Part shown: positions 51,229 to 64,000 of the stretch, one piece after another | Layout: each line of letters begins with the position of its first letter | How positions within the stretch are numbered: position 1 is the stretch's first letter | Origin: Gonapodya sp. JEL0774 | Lineage: Eukaryota | Assembly: GCA_027604505.1 (NCBI GenBank) | Contig: JADIIX010000022.1 | Span: forward strand, 124,001-188,000 | Direction: 5' to 3' | Length of the DNA stretch: 64,000 nucleotides | Position numbers and translations under genes: made by a program | The notes under the pieces: generated by a model | What the model was told of the DNA's origin: nothing | The model's input: only the letters and a program-made list of their open reading frames with translations | The model's database searches: none

Positions 51229-51409
51229 CGGTAGTTGAGTTGATGTAATAACGCACAGTGGATATTGTCCGATTCAAAAGTGTCCGATTCAAAAGTCTTC
51301 GAGGATAATTTAAGAATGCAAAATTCGAGTGGTCCTAAATGCTACAATGCATTACAAGCAGTCCAATTCGTTCAAACACGTGTGCACGCGCACCCAAAGT
51401 TTCACAGAA

Positions 51410-54400
51410 TCACATTGATCTCATACCCCCCGCCACGCCCACCCACGAACCAACGCCTTCCCGTGACACCCGTCCAACTTCGGACCATGCCCAACCTTCG
51501 AAATACGCTACTTCAGCCGCAGCCTCCACCTTCGCGTCTGCGCTGACATCCGCTCGCTCCCACCACCCACACATGGAGTTTGCTTGTTCCAAGCCCCTCG
51601 AAAGTTCTGCCGATAGTTCAACAAGGGACTCGTCAGACTCCACGTCAGCTGCCCTCCCCGCCGCAGCGCGGAAGTATTCTGCTGCACCAGCGGCAGCTTC
51701 CACAGCAGGCGCCATCGCTGTCGCCCCGTCTTCGCCGCCTCCCGCAATCGCCATCCCACCAGCGCTCTCGTCGTACGCCAGAGCAAGCCTCGCCGCCGCC
51801 TCAGCAAGACCTCGGAAAGCAAATTTGTGTGCCTGCTGCAAGATGGGCAAGGTCCCGAGCGCGGTTGCAATCCGCTCAACGGCAGATCTGGGAGGCTCAG
51901 CGCGGTGTGGATCTCCTTGAACGGCTCCACGATGACGCACCCAGCGCTCGGCAGCTCGTGCAGGGTCTACTGCCCGTCTTGATGATTCTTCCTCCGTCGC
52001 CAACATCACAATCGTCTCTAAAGCGTTCTCGTCCGGGTCTGTCATCCAGCGGGCGACGTCGGGATCTTCGACAACGACTGGATGCGAGGCAACTCGATTA
52101 AGGTACCGTTCCCACCGGCTAGCGAGGTGTGGATCGGCAACATTCCGTCGCGATAACTGCGACTGTGATCCACTGGCGATTGCTGGAGGGGCCGGAAGGA
52201 TCAAGAAGGGAAGGCGAGCGCGGAGGTATGCAGAGAGGAGCTGCATGTGTCGAGGCGTTCGAGCAACCATGGTTGGTTGTCCAGAACCAGCTGCAACAGT
52301 CACGAGATACACTCCTTCTCTCTCCTTAGCCTCCACTTTTACCAAGACCCTCAAAGAACCATTTGGCTGTGCATACCTGGAAGTTCCACTTCCCACAGCC
52401 AGAAGAACCCTTCGCCTGTGTTGTTGTTCAGCTCCTTCTGGCACCTCAGACCGCCGTCCACTGGCTCTCCTTTTCGGAGTCACCGCTTCCTGCTTCTCCC
52501 TTGCCTCACTTTGCAATTCAATCTGAGTATGTCGTCGTTGGCTCGGACGTTTCTTCATCAGGCCTCCCCCTTCCTCCACTCTCTCACGCTCGATCCGCTC
52601 CCGAGGATCTACCCTTTCCCTGGGATCACCTCGCTCTCGAGGATCCACTCGGTCACGCTGATCTGATCGCTCGCGGGTTTCCAGTCGGTCACTGGATGTT
52701 GGCAGCTCTCTCTGTGATTCCCGATTCTTTTCGTTGGTCCTCCGTTTCGACTGATTAGGGGTGGGCTCCACGTCCTCCCACTCCTCATCGTCCTTTGTTT
52801 GTTGTTGCGCCTGCGATTGTGGTCGTGGCTCCGTCCTAGCCTCGCTCCTTTTGTCGTTCGGCTTACGTTTCGCAGCACCTTCTCGGTCGTCATATTGCCT
52901 ATCCTGTTGCCTCTCTCTGTCCCTCTCAATATCTTTGATGGGAATCAAGCCAACCTGCTTTGCTCCTCCACCGCTTGCTGGCAATCCTGCAGCTCTCCTG
53001 ATAGCCTCCACCTGTGCCCTCATCTCCGGAGGTAAGCTCATCGGATCTACCAGTTTTGGGGCCGAGATAGTCAGACGACGTGAAGCAGGGGGTGGTGAAG
53101 TTGATCGCGTTCGTGGTGTTGGCACTGGTGGCCCAACTGTGCTCGCTCGTTGACCGTCGGGAAGATAGAACGAAGGAGGAGGAGGAGGATTCTTCAAGCG
53201 AGGTCGTTTCGCCTGGAAGTTGGGGTTGTGAAGAAGCTTGTTTGGCAGGAAGCAAGAATAATCAGATTGTTTGAGCTGTTTTGTTCTCTTCGAATAAGAT
53301 GGATAGCTTTCCGCGTTTTTTCACCTACCTTGACTTTCCCATCCGGTACCCATCCTCTCTTCCCGACCGCAGTCTCCACCAACAACCAACCTTCACTTTT
53401 GGTCTCATTATACTCTCCCGCAGTCAACAAGTCCATCAACTCGGCCTCGGGAGGCTCCTCTGGCTCACTTAAGTCTGCCGGAACAGATTGCCCGGCTTTG
53501 ATGTACTTTTGACGTCTTTTCTCCCTACTCATTTCACGTTCTTCTCGAGATTCCTCCGAATGCCAATCCCACACGCTCTCTAGAACCCAAAGCTCGTCAC
53601 CTTTTAGAAGAGAGACGAATGCACCAACGGTGTTAGGCCCAGAGCGGTGATCGGTAGTAGCTAGGGCTGGGTGACGATATACCAGCAATGGCAGAGAGGG
53701 ATGATAGGGGGGAGGAAAGGTAGATGGTGCGCGGGATCCGGCGGATTGAGAGGGAGGTGCAGTTTGCAGAGTTGGTTGTTCTTTTGAAATCCCTTGACCT
53801 TGCTGGCTCTGTTGATACTGCTGTTGCATTTGCTGTTGCTGTTGCTGCTGCTGCATCATCTGTTGCTGTTGCTGCTGCTGCATCTGCTGTTGCATTTGCT
53901 GTTGCTGCTGCTGCATTTGCTGTTGCTGTTGCTGCTGTTGTTGTTGCATCTGGTTGGGCCCACCTTGCCCAACCCCAGGCGGTCCCGCCTGCCTGGAAGG
54001 TGTTTGCATTTGCGACGGTTGAGGACCATTTCTGGAGGGGTACTGTTGGTTGGATGATCCACTCTGGGGAAGTCGTTGAGGCGACTGCTGCTGCGTGGAA
54101 GGCACCCCTCGGCCCATTTGCATTGCAGCGGGTTGGCTCATCCGACTTGATTGCGGACCAGGGCCTAAGCCTTGCCGTTGTTGCTGATCCTGCTGCGTCT
54201 GCTGATATTGTTGCTGCATCGATTGGGGGCCTTGACGTGCGTCAGGCCTTCCTTGCTGGTACTGCTGATTAACTGGACCCCTTCCCATGTCCCTTTCTCT
54301 TGCCACATCTCGCCCATTCTCCCTTTCCCTCTCTCTCTCCCTCTCAATCCGCTCACCCCTTTCCCGCTCCGCTCTCTCTCGCTCTCTTTCCCTTTCCTTG

Positions 54401-56400
54401 TCTGCTTGGCGTTGAGATGGCTCAGGTTTCGGAAGATTCCCCGATTGTGTCACAGTTTGACCTTGTTGCTGATACTGCTGTTGCTGTAGCTGCGGAAATG
54501 CCGCCTTTCTCTCCATGGATCCCAATGAAGAAACGTCTGGGAGCGCCCACTGGGTCCCATTGTCTGGCGTGTACCCGGCATCCGGTGGTGTAACAGAGCG
54601 GCCTGGCGTCGGGGATGGGGAGAGTGCAACCTGCCGAGGGCCAGTAGGGCGGCCATTCGGAAGTTCGCGGGAGAGCGGTTCGGTTACTGGCGGTTGGGGG
54701 TATTGGGGAGAGGGGGAGTCCACTGAATGCGCGTTGGGCCCAACCGGTGGTTGAGTGGTGGGGAAAGTGAGGGGCGTGGGAGAAGGAGATGAGGCTGTTG
54801 GAAACTGGTACAATGTTGCGACCAAACATGGCAACGAACACGGACCCTCACCAGATTGATTGGGCTTCCGGGGACGATCATTCGAGCGATTGGACCCAGA
54901 ATCCGACGGAGAAGAGTTTGGTGGAGACATCGGGGCGGCGGTGGCAGACATCATGCTTTGGCGAGTAGCAATGGAGGATTGGGAAGAGTATTCCACCTGA
55001 CCGTTAGCGTTGATGCCCCCCGTAGGCTGCTGCGGCTGTTGGCTAGATTTCAAATTCGAAGGCTGCACCGGGCTAGTTTGCTTGGGTAGCAGGGATCCCT
55101 GCTGCTGTTGAGGCGTCAACGTTTGAGACCCTGCAGGCATGCGGGGCAAAGCTGCTGGAGGCACGTCGCCACTAGCGGCAGCAGCCCAAATGGAAGACAC
55201 AAGTTGCGAGGTGGGAGAAGCTGAGCGGGACGCGGGTGGAGTGTTCGTTGTTGTAGGGGTGACATCGAGATGGGTAGGCCTAAGGGAGGGCAGTTGGGGG
55301 GCATAGCCTTGCTGAGAGGGTTGTTGCCCACGAGGCGGTGCAGGGTTGTACTGGTTCTCATCGACGCTCGCGTCCTCCTCGGAGCCTTCGTCGATGGATC
55401 CCTCCTCCTCACTTCCTTCTTGATCAGTTGACTGTTCCTCACCATCACCCTCCTCGTCGGACCCGGACCCATCCTCGTCCTCTTCGTCATCATCTTCTTC
55501 ATCGTCATCATTTTCATCGTCATCGTCGTCTTCGTTTCCCTCGTGGCTGCTTTGCGCTCTCCGGGCGACTCCCTCGTCCCTCTCAGAGTCATGCTCCTCC
55601 TCCTCTTCGTCTTCATCATCGTCCTCATCCTGGTCATCCTCATCTTCAATGTGGCTTCTCTTTACACTCGCGCTTTGGCTTTCCCCGTCGGTCTCGCCCT
55701 CAGTCTCGCCCTCAGTCTCGCCGTCAGTCACACCATCACTCGCATGTCCCTCACTCTCAGACTCGCTCTTCTCGCTTCCCTCTTCACTACCTTCCTCTTC
55801 GCTGGATTCGTCGCTTTCTTCCACTTCCTCATGCTCCTCGTCAGAGTGCGCCTGCGTTCGTGTGGGACCCGTATCCTTCCGTGTGTCAGGCGATACAACA
55901 ATCGGTCGTGAGCGTTGTTCCTGGTCGTCACGGGGGCCCATTGGCCCTGATGAAGAAGCAGGTCCAGTGCCCATACCCATGCCCACGCCTGGAGCGAAAC
56001 CTGATATTGCAGTCGTACCGTTGGTGGGGGGCATCGTCGAGTACCCGATTGATGGTGGAACAGCCCCTACGGGCATTCTGGGTTGACCGATTGTGACAGC
56101 GCTCGAGCCTGTAGATCCTGGCACCAGATTTCCAATCGACAGCGCTGAGGGCGATGATGCTCCGATGTTTGGTGACTGACCTCTGAATCCTTGTGTCATC
56201 GGTTTCCCAGGCACCGGGTTTGAACCAATGACCCTGGCGGCCACCGCTGCCTGTCCAGTCGGCCTACTAAAGCCAGGTTGTCCTGGTGGCTGAAACATGC
56301 GAACTCTATCGCTGACCTTGCCAACTGGATTAGCATCGACACCCTCTACCGATTTCCCTTCTGGATCGAGTGCTCGTTCTCGGGCCCCCAATGCTGCCAT
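51410..56400 (-). CDS. Large disordered protein with SH3-like, PX and helical (BAR-like) domains
   Basis: ORFs 53194-56400 and 51410-53197 join in frame via AAG|GTAGGT...CAAG|CTT; SH3: FVSLLKGDELWVL...EGWLLVE..GKRGWVP; PX: LSAYLRARLPFLILPAPP...WERYLNRVASHPVV. Confidence 0.78.
53815..53950 (-). repeat. Polyglutamine CAG/CAA tract interrupted by Met codons
   Basis: About 40 codons of Q with periodic M in ORF 53194-56400. Confidence 0.95.
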
Positions 56401-57017
56401 TTTTTGCGTTGGTCGTTATTTTTTTACGACCCCACAGTGCACGCTGCTTGTCCAACTTCTTTTGATGGGGGGTGAAAATGTTATAGACAAGGAGTGGTCC
56501 AATGTGTGAGCCCCTCTCGCCACACCCACCTGACCGCATGATGACCAAATATTATCGCTTTTTATACCTATCGCCCCTACTTAATTCTACATTCACTTGA
56601 ATTGAAAATACGCTGACCTGAAGAGGCCCCAGTTTGCCCTATGTACGGGAGAGTGATCCGTTTTGATGATTTTCTGCAATCACACAAATATAGTCAAACA
56701 GAGAGACCCAAGGTAGGCTCTCCATTCCGAAGCCCCAAGTGCCTGAGGGAGGATTTCGATGCAGTGCGGAGAGGCAGAGAATGAGGAAATGGAAAGGAGC
56801 GGATCGTTGCATTATTAGTGCATAGTGTTCCTCAATATGAGTGAATTGCAGTGAGTACATAGTATAATATAGAGTTCTATGCAATCCATTCCAGCAGCAA
56901 AAAAAAAATGAATTGCATACTATCTGAACGATTTATGTGTGTTCGTGATCGAGTCGGAGAGGAACTCCCGACTGACCGTCGTCACACTTCTTTCATTTCA
57001 ACCATCAACCACGGACC

Positions 57018-58822
57018 ATGTCACCAGACCCGCAGAAGATTGAATCATTTAACCACTGCTACATCACCGCCAACCATCAGCGATACCGTGGGTCTCTCAT
57101 TGTCTGATTTGCATTGGGTTGAGCTGTCGTTCACAGTGCCATTCCGCCATTTCCGCAATCATTATCACAGACTATGTGGACGAAGGCCCAAAGGATGCGA
57201 CAGTGGTGAGTGTGATTCATGCTTGGAGATTGCTTCAAACTCAACGACTTCGACTGATCCGGAATCTGAACGAAAGCTCTTTTTCGCCCACGGCTTCCCT
57301 GATTTCTGGTACGGCTGGCGCCACCAAGTGACCTACTTCTCACGCATGGGATTCCGATGCATCGCTCCTGATTTTCGAGGATATGGCGAGTGAGTTGCTT
57401 GGACACCACTACTGCTTAAATGCCTGATTTAATGCATTGCCATTGAAACCAGTTCGCGAGGGCCTTACGTCCCACATGATGATTCGAAGTACACCGAACA
57501 AACTCTTTCCCTCTTTCGGATCAAGGTTGGTCATTCAGTGTTCTCTTATGTTTGGTGACCTGGTTGGTGACTTCACTACGTCGCCAGAACATCTGCCTGG
57601 ATGTTAACAGCCTCCTGGACCAGCTCGGAATCAAAAGGGTCGTCATGATTGGACATGATTGGGGAGGTTACTTTGTGTGGGTGGAGTATTCCCAGGCAAA
57701 CAGACGGCTATACTCACTAGATATCTTGAACAGTTGGCGCTACACCCAGTACTTCCCCTCCCGCACAATCGCAGGTACGTGCGATGGCTTGTGCCTCGAA
57801 CAAGTAATGTGTTGTTCTTAGGTCGATCTCGCCACTTTCAAAAGTCGCCTCCCTGTGCACCATGTACAATCCTCCAAACAAATCGTACGTATCGGTGGAC
57901 GATCTTGTACGAATTTATCCGAACTGGGTGAGTGTTTGGCATAATTCTAACCGGAATGGAACTCATTCTGTTCGCGAAGACGTTGTTTTGATCCGTATTT
58001 CCCTTTCATCTCTGTTCGGCAGGCATATCAAGTGAGGAGGGAACCCATAGTTTGCCCCGTTTTGTATTTGCATCAGCTGACACTTGCTCCGGCTCAAGCA
58101 ATTTTTCTGTCGTGAAGGAAGCGACAAAGTTCTAGAGGACAACGTTGAAGCCTACTTCAAGTACACTTTGCGCGGTTGCCATGAAAACGATCTCCCTCCC
58201 AATTCGGATCCCGAACGTAAAGTGACGAGCGTGGACATGACCAAAATTAGCTACCCGAAGTTGCTTTCGAGGACGGAATTGGATAATTAGTGAGCTGTTG
58301 CTGCGAACTAGACGTCCGTTCAGCTGTTTGGTGCTTATGAACTGGTTTCGGGTGTTGTTCAGTGTGAAGGCTTATACCAGAGCTGGATTCAATGGAGGGT
58401 TAAATTGGTATCGCGTTCGCAAGGTGATTGATTCATTGCTGCGAGTGCGCCACAACTCTTGCTAGACTTTAACTTTTGTGGTTGTTGCAGATGAATCACG
58501 ATGATGAACTTTCTCTTCCAGACACAATTGATCACCAAGCACTCATGGTGACAGCAGGCCGCGATCCAGGTGGGTGTGAGCGCGTTGGTTACCGGAAGCC
58601 ATGATGACTCACACATAAGTGATTCACACGATTCCTTTTCGGGGGCCAGCTCTTTCGCCATCCATGGCCAAGAAGATGCCGCGCTTCATCAAGAATTTGA
58701 AGATGCATCATATCGAGGAGAGTGCCCATTGGATACAAACCGAGCACAAGGACTCCATCAATCAGATTCTGAATGATTGGTTAAAGAGCATTGGAGTTGG
58801 AAATCGAGTCAGCAAGTTGTAG
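57018..58822 (+). CDS. Soluble epoxide hydrolase-like alpha/beta hydrolase, peroxisomal
   Basis: HGFPDFWYGWRHQ, APDFRGYG, IGHDWGG, GGLNWYR, EESAHWIQTE; ends VSKL. Confidence 0.93.
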
Positions 58823-58945
58823 CATGTGATACAAATAATGAGTGAAATAAATCATCATGATTACTAGTGCCAAGTGTGTTCAATCGGAATAAACGGTACG
58901 GAATTGTCTGTACATTGTGGATTCCAAGTCCAGATATCCATCGCT

Positions 58946-59281
58946 TTAAAACACAGAGCATCGGCGTTGCCGGAAGCTGTCTCTCCTCCCCGTTGGGAAT
59001 TCCGATTGTTGTACACTCCCTCTCCGTACTCCCCCCGCGAAATCCTCCCGCGGCGCACTCGGCCTCCTCACGAATAGAGCACTAGAAAGCGATGGTCGCC
59101 TCGAGGAAGTGAGTTGGTATTGAGAGGTTGCGGAAGAGGGTTGGTGTTGGGAGGTCGGAGTTGTGGTGGATTCACATGAAGGGTGAGTGAGGGGTGAGGA
59201 GAGTTCGGCACATTCACAGGCAGTCGGACTGGAAAAGTAACGTGTGAGCAGCTGTGATACGACTTCGTAGGGAGTTGGCAT
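58946..59281 (-). CDS. Possible small protein with RRxS repeats and a CaaX-like end
   Basis: ATG-started 111 aa ORF in an otherwise empty 1-kb gap; five RRxS motifs; ends RQRRCSVF. Confidence 0.4.
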   Translation of the reverse strand: MPTPYEVVSQLLTRYFSSPTACECAELSSPLTHPSCESTTTPTSQHQPSSATSQYQLTSSRRPSLSSALFVRRPSAPREDFAGGVRRGSVQQSEFPTGRRDSFRQRRCSVF

Positions 59282-59891
59282 ACACTGACTTGTCTGCTAC
59301 AGCATCGAGCGAAAAGATTCGGAAGACACAGTGTTCCTGTTTCGAGATTTCCGCGAGTCGACCCTTCATGCGGTGCTCCGATTGACCGTACTGGGCATCT
59401 TTGAGAGTCACAGTTGTTATTGAATAGCTGTTCATTTGGAGTTTGAGTTGGTTTGATTTTGCAAAACTGATGGCACGGAGAAGTTCCGGGGAGTTTTGTG
59501 CCGGGTTGTTTTTGGGTTCGGCGGTATTGCGGGAAACCGCTCCTCGCGGCCTCATTGTGCTCCGACACAAAAGCTGAAAGAACCTGTTTTACACATTATA
59601 TAATACAAAGCTTACATCAGATTCTTTCGACAAACCGTTTCACCAATAAACTGTTCGAAGCTACGTCTCTCTTTGCACAACCGCACCAGCTGCGCGTTGT
59701 TCACCTTCATGTTTGCGGGATTGAACCTGTCGAAACATCTCATCATCAAGTTATGAACTATAGAACAATGAAACACAATGCCAAGTTTTTCACATCACAA
59801 ATTATAATACTTAAATGTGGTGCGCAACCTCTCTAATGAGTACAATAATGCCAAATGTATTCAACAAAGACAAGGATCTTCGGCTCCAGTC

Positions 59892-62800
59892 CTATCGAGC
59901 GCGCACCGCACCGCCACCAGACGACGCTGTCAACTGTGACCCCACAGCGAAACTCTCTGTCGATGATGCGACACCCCACTTAGTGTTCTTCCTCATTTCA
60001 GAGAATTTGCCGTTGAGAGTCTGAATATCCTCTATAGACCGCCTAAAATTGATGCCATTTGGCTCGTTTCGCAGCGGTTGTTGCTGTTGACCAGGGGAGC
60101 TTGATGCACGCACGTTCAAAGTGCTTGCAGATTCCGGCAGTCTAAAGTATGGCGCCGGGTCCAGCATCGTCCGAATTGGTTCATTCTGGGAACCGCTCCC
60201 AATGGGAACCGGGTTCATTTGAGTTTCGCTTCCGCTCGAGGAACTAGATGAATCTTGAGAAGTGATAGGGTGGTCGACTTTGTTCCGATTTGATTTTTGT
60301 AAACTTGCAGATGAAACGTTCCACGAAACCGAGCGAGGCCTTGCTCCGCCATCTTTCATGTTCGATCCCGCGAAAGAATTAGGAAGTGCATTAACTGGCG
60401 CGGCTCTAGAGGCCATAGCAGCTGCAGATAACTGCATCCAAGCAATATACTCTTCAGAGTATGCGAGATTATCGGAAACTTCATTGAGCTGGATCCAAAG
60501 ACCGGTATTTTCAGCATACCGGCGCTGTGAGGCAAGAGCAACTGATCGAAGGGCAATGTCCCGGCGCTGGAGAGGTGCAAAGGTAAGATTGAAAAGCAAA
60601 CGATGAGAAATATCGGAAACTGAAACGGCACAGCGGAACAAATTTAATCACCTCGATCGCCTCCTGAGCTCTCAGCACTCCAGCCTCGGCTCTCAGGGCA
60701 GCCTCTTCCGCAAATAGAACTCGGGCCTCCAACTCCCTCTCTTTTGCCATCACCTGCGCCTCCATTTCCATCTCAATCTCCATAGCCCTCATCTCAACTT
60801 CCCGTAGCCTCTCCTCCACTTCTCGCAGCTTCTCCTCCGCATCTTGGGCCCGCTGAACTGCCCTAGCCTCACCCTCCCTCAGCTGCTCGGTCATCGACTT
60901 CGATCTTTCAAAGGACTTGTTCTCAACGCCAGAGAGTGCGGCAAGCGCTGCTTCTTCCCCGGCACGCGCGCGGGCGTGAGCAGCTGCCATTTCTCTGGCG
61001 GAAAATTCTGCCCGCTGGTGTTTGGAGCGTCATATTTTTAGCGAACCGGAAACAGATGTGCGACACGACGGTTAAGTTTCAACCTACCTCCAGTTCTTCC
61101 TTCATTCTGATTTCCCTCTTCTCCGCCTCTGCAAGCCTCCTCTCCGCCTCCCGCTCGATTCCTGCCACTCGTTTCTCGGCTTCCCTCATCTTCTCCTCTG
61201 CTTCTTCCACTTTCACTTTACTTTGCTCAATCACCGAAAGGAGCCGATCTTGAGTTTGGCGGTCCCCTGCAGCGAGAGACGAGAGCGCAGCTTCTTCAGC
61301 GGCGCGGGCACGGTTATGAGCAGCCGTGAGTTGCTCGAATGCAAAACTCTGACGCTGGATGATCAAGTGAATCCGCACCAATGTGCGAGAGTACAAACAA
61401 GCCGTTCAGCTTAATTTTGTCTGAAGCTTGTTGGATAACTCGATCAACTCACCTCGAGCGCCTCTCTCGCCTCATCCCGCTCTTTCTCCAGTTCAGTCAT
61501 CTTACCTTGCAGAGCGTTCTCCACTTCCTTAACTCTGGCATCCACCGTGGCCACCTGCGACATGGCTACTTGAACCTTATTTTCAGCTTCCTTTGCTCGC
61601 CGTTCGGCATCCTGTGCACGAATCTCGGCATCCTGGGCCCGAATGTCCGTGTCCTTCACCCGCGATTCTGCTGCCTGTACGAGTGACTCCGCAAGTTTGG
61701 CACGTGCTGAAGATGCCACAGAAAGTTGATCGAAGCGGTTGGCCCGCGACTCGGCGGCGGTGGCGCGTTGTTCCGCATCTGATAACTGTTGCGCCAGTCG
61801 CTGTGCCCGCTCGTCGGAATCCTTCGCTCGTGCTTCCGCGGCTTTGGCACGAGATTCGGCAGCTTTAGCACGCTCATTCGCGAGTTTCGCTTTCTCAAAC
61901 GCAAAAGTGGTTTGCTCTTCCGCTTCTCGCACCTTCCGGACCGATTGAGCGAGCCCTGTCTCGCCCTTCTTTCTTTCCGCGAGCGTCTCCGAATTCTTGC
62001 GAATGAGAGATGCTTCACAATCAGCTACATGTTCGGATGGTAGTTCCAGAGTCGATGATCGGGATATCTGTCCGGAGTCAACCACTGCGCGAGGGTTGGC
62101 TGACGGACCAGGTAGAACCTGGGCAGGGACGGAATTATCAATCGAAGTTCGATGCTGTGTTGGAGGTTGCTTGCCATCCCGTGCGCGTTCTGCGCCTACA
62201 GACTTGGAGCGAGCATTTGAGGTGGGAACAGTGCTCCTCACGGCAAAGAGTGGCGAGGGCACTTCTTCGGGTCCCAGTATGCTCACAACTTTGGTTGCAA
62301 CGGCTGTCGAAAGTTGCTCCAGAAAATCTGCAGTGGAGGGTGTACGTGACTGTGAAGTCATCGTCCGAATGAGTGTCGGCAAGATGGTGTCGGGGGAATC
62401 AGAGTCCACGTTCGAGGCAGATGTGTCCCGAGTAAGTGTGCGTGTGACAGATCGAGAGCGGCGAGTTGTGGGTGTCTGTGTCGGCCGATGCTCTTCGGAA
62501 AGAGCACTCTGTCGGCGCGCACGCGTTCGTTCCCCCCTCGACGCCCCCACGTCGCCCCGCCACGATCTGGGGTTAGCTACGTGGAATGCGCGCCCTGTTG
62601 GAGTACTTTTGTCCCGTTTTGGACCTTGCTCACTGTGCCATGGTACAAAGCCAGGAACGTCGTTGCCTCGAGCATGAGTAGCGTGAGAAACGTGTCGGTC
62701 CTGTACACTGTCCACGAATCGGTTTCGGTCTCGCTCCAGATCAACCTCTCCATTCCAATCATCATTGGCTGCAAACAATGATCGCTCTATGTGTTGCGTG

Positions 62801-63636
62801 TGAGCGAGGTCATCGTGTAGACTGTCTGCACTGTTCATGCCTAGCTCCGCATCCCTGTTACACGTGTGAATTCGCTGGGTATGCGAATGAAGAGAGTTCG
62901 CGAAAGAGTGCGCTTGGGCTTGCCAGTACGGCATTGGTGTCGCTGTGGAGGACTGGGCGTCTGGAACAGGAGGAACGATGCCCGCCAGCCCAGGTTCAAA
63001 GAGGGCCTGATTTCGCATGCCCATTATGAGACTAGACAAATTGAGGGTATCGGTTGCAGATTTGAATAGGTTTTGACTGGCATTAGGTTGTTGGCGATGA
63101 CTGACATTAGCACTGGGGTTGCTGGGATGGATCGGGTGACAAGATGGCAAACGATGGGCATGAGTACAGTGAGAAGCGTGCTGTGTCGATAAGAATTGTG
63201 GCAACGCTTCGAAATCAGATTGTGGCCGAGTTGGGTGCAGGGAATGTGTGTGCCGGTGCGACGACATCCATGGTTGTGATACGGGCACCACGATCGCGGC
63301 AGCCGGTGGCACGATTGGAGATCCATAAGATTGCGGCTGCACCTGCAAGTATGGAACAGCGATGGACGCGCTCCCGCCCGTGTCTTCGTCTGTGACACCT
63401 GACGATCTCTCCACACGTTGAGACCCTGAATCATGGTTCCTGCTAGCTCTGATGAACAGAGGCTGCGTCTGGAGCGGGACCGAAATCAAGTCAGGCGGTT
63501 CGCGCTCCCATTCTCTCTGCGAGAGCCGTCGCTGCTTTGCGCTGGGCACACCAGTGCTGTTCCCGTTCCCGACTGCATCGGGATGATGTTGCCGGGGAAT
63601 GCTCTGGAATGAGTGGAATGCAGGCGTTGGTGACAT
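59892..63636 (-). CDS. Hypothetical long coiled-coil protein (at least 4 exons)
   Basis: ORFs 61444-63636, 61079-61396, 60511-60990 and 59892-60641 are linked by GT-AG introns; A/E/R heptads; further 5' exons near 63.7-63.8 kb are possible. Confidence 0.75.
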
Positions 63637-64000
63637 GCTCGATGGGCGAATCGCTCGAGACTTGGTCTTAGTAAATTATCGCGCGCGTTAGAATCAATAT
63701 TGAGACCTCGAGTGGGGAGATGGGGCCACCAGAGTGCCTCTTGTTAGTGCACACAACTCCTCCAGCAGGCAACCAAGCCCTGATCTGATATCACTCATCT
63801 GAAGGACAATGCGAGAGGAGTTAAAAACTTGCTGTACTGTCGACATGATTAATGTGATATTTCTAATGGGAATCATGAACCAGAGCGTTGTCCAGGGCAA
63901 ACCCCAACTATACGATGATTCGTTATTCTAGTCCATCCACGAATAGACTAACGATCTGCTAACAACTAACTTATTTATCGAACGAATGGGGCAAGAGCTC

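Noticed and set aside
51266..51295. 15-bp direct tandem repeat TGTCCGATTCAAAAG
   Set aside because: Isolated slippage duplication in a 3' intergenic gap; no element associated.
53724..56096. Plus-strand poly-Leu, poly-Ala and His-rich ORFs
   Set aside because: Antisense shadows of the polyQ and acidic tracts of the minus-strand gene.
1..64000. CRISPR arrays, tRNA or rRNA genes, prokaryotic operons
   Set aside because: None seen; the only rRNA-like matches are the short snoRNA guides.

Overview
Eukaryotic, gene-dense and very intron-rich DNA (short GT-AG introns, many micro-exons). The gene content fits a fungus, plausibly an early-diverging one, but the species cannot be fixed from this window. 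About 25 protein genes can be assembled by eye: anoctamin, TSR2, an MFS permease, an R3H protein, a PITH protein, a Sel1-repeat protein, EFM4, an RS-rich protein, MGM101, a WW protein, cytochrome b561, a 2-Cys peroxiredoxin, a PNPOx/FNR fusion, a stand-alone YccF, an UNC-93-like transporter, a MaoC dehydratase, a 4CL-like ligase, an SH3-PX protein, an epoxide hydrolase and several orphans. Highlights: (1) two intronic box C/D snoRNAs in a spliced, apparently non-coding 5' leader at 35.6-36.2 kb, not shown by the ORF track; (2) a peroxiredoxin whose last intron, if retained, replaces the YF tail with an acidic tail ending in an NLS-like KRKRRRK; (3) a bacterial-like MaoC dehydratase head-to-head with an acyl-CoA ligase, both with PTS1-like ends; (4) an RS-rich gene with an 811-nt structured intron and a stop-containing alternative exon; (5) a ~4-kb tandem duplication of an orphan gene family with mosaic identity and a single TGG>TAG stop. 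All exon boundaries and homologies were read manually; no searches were run.
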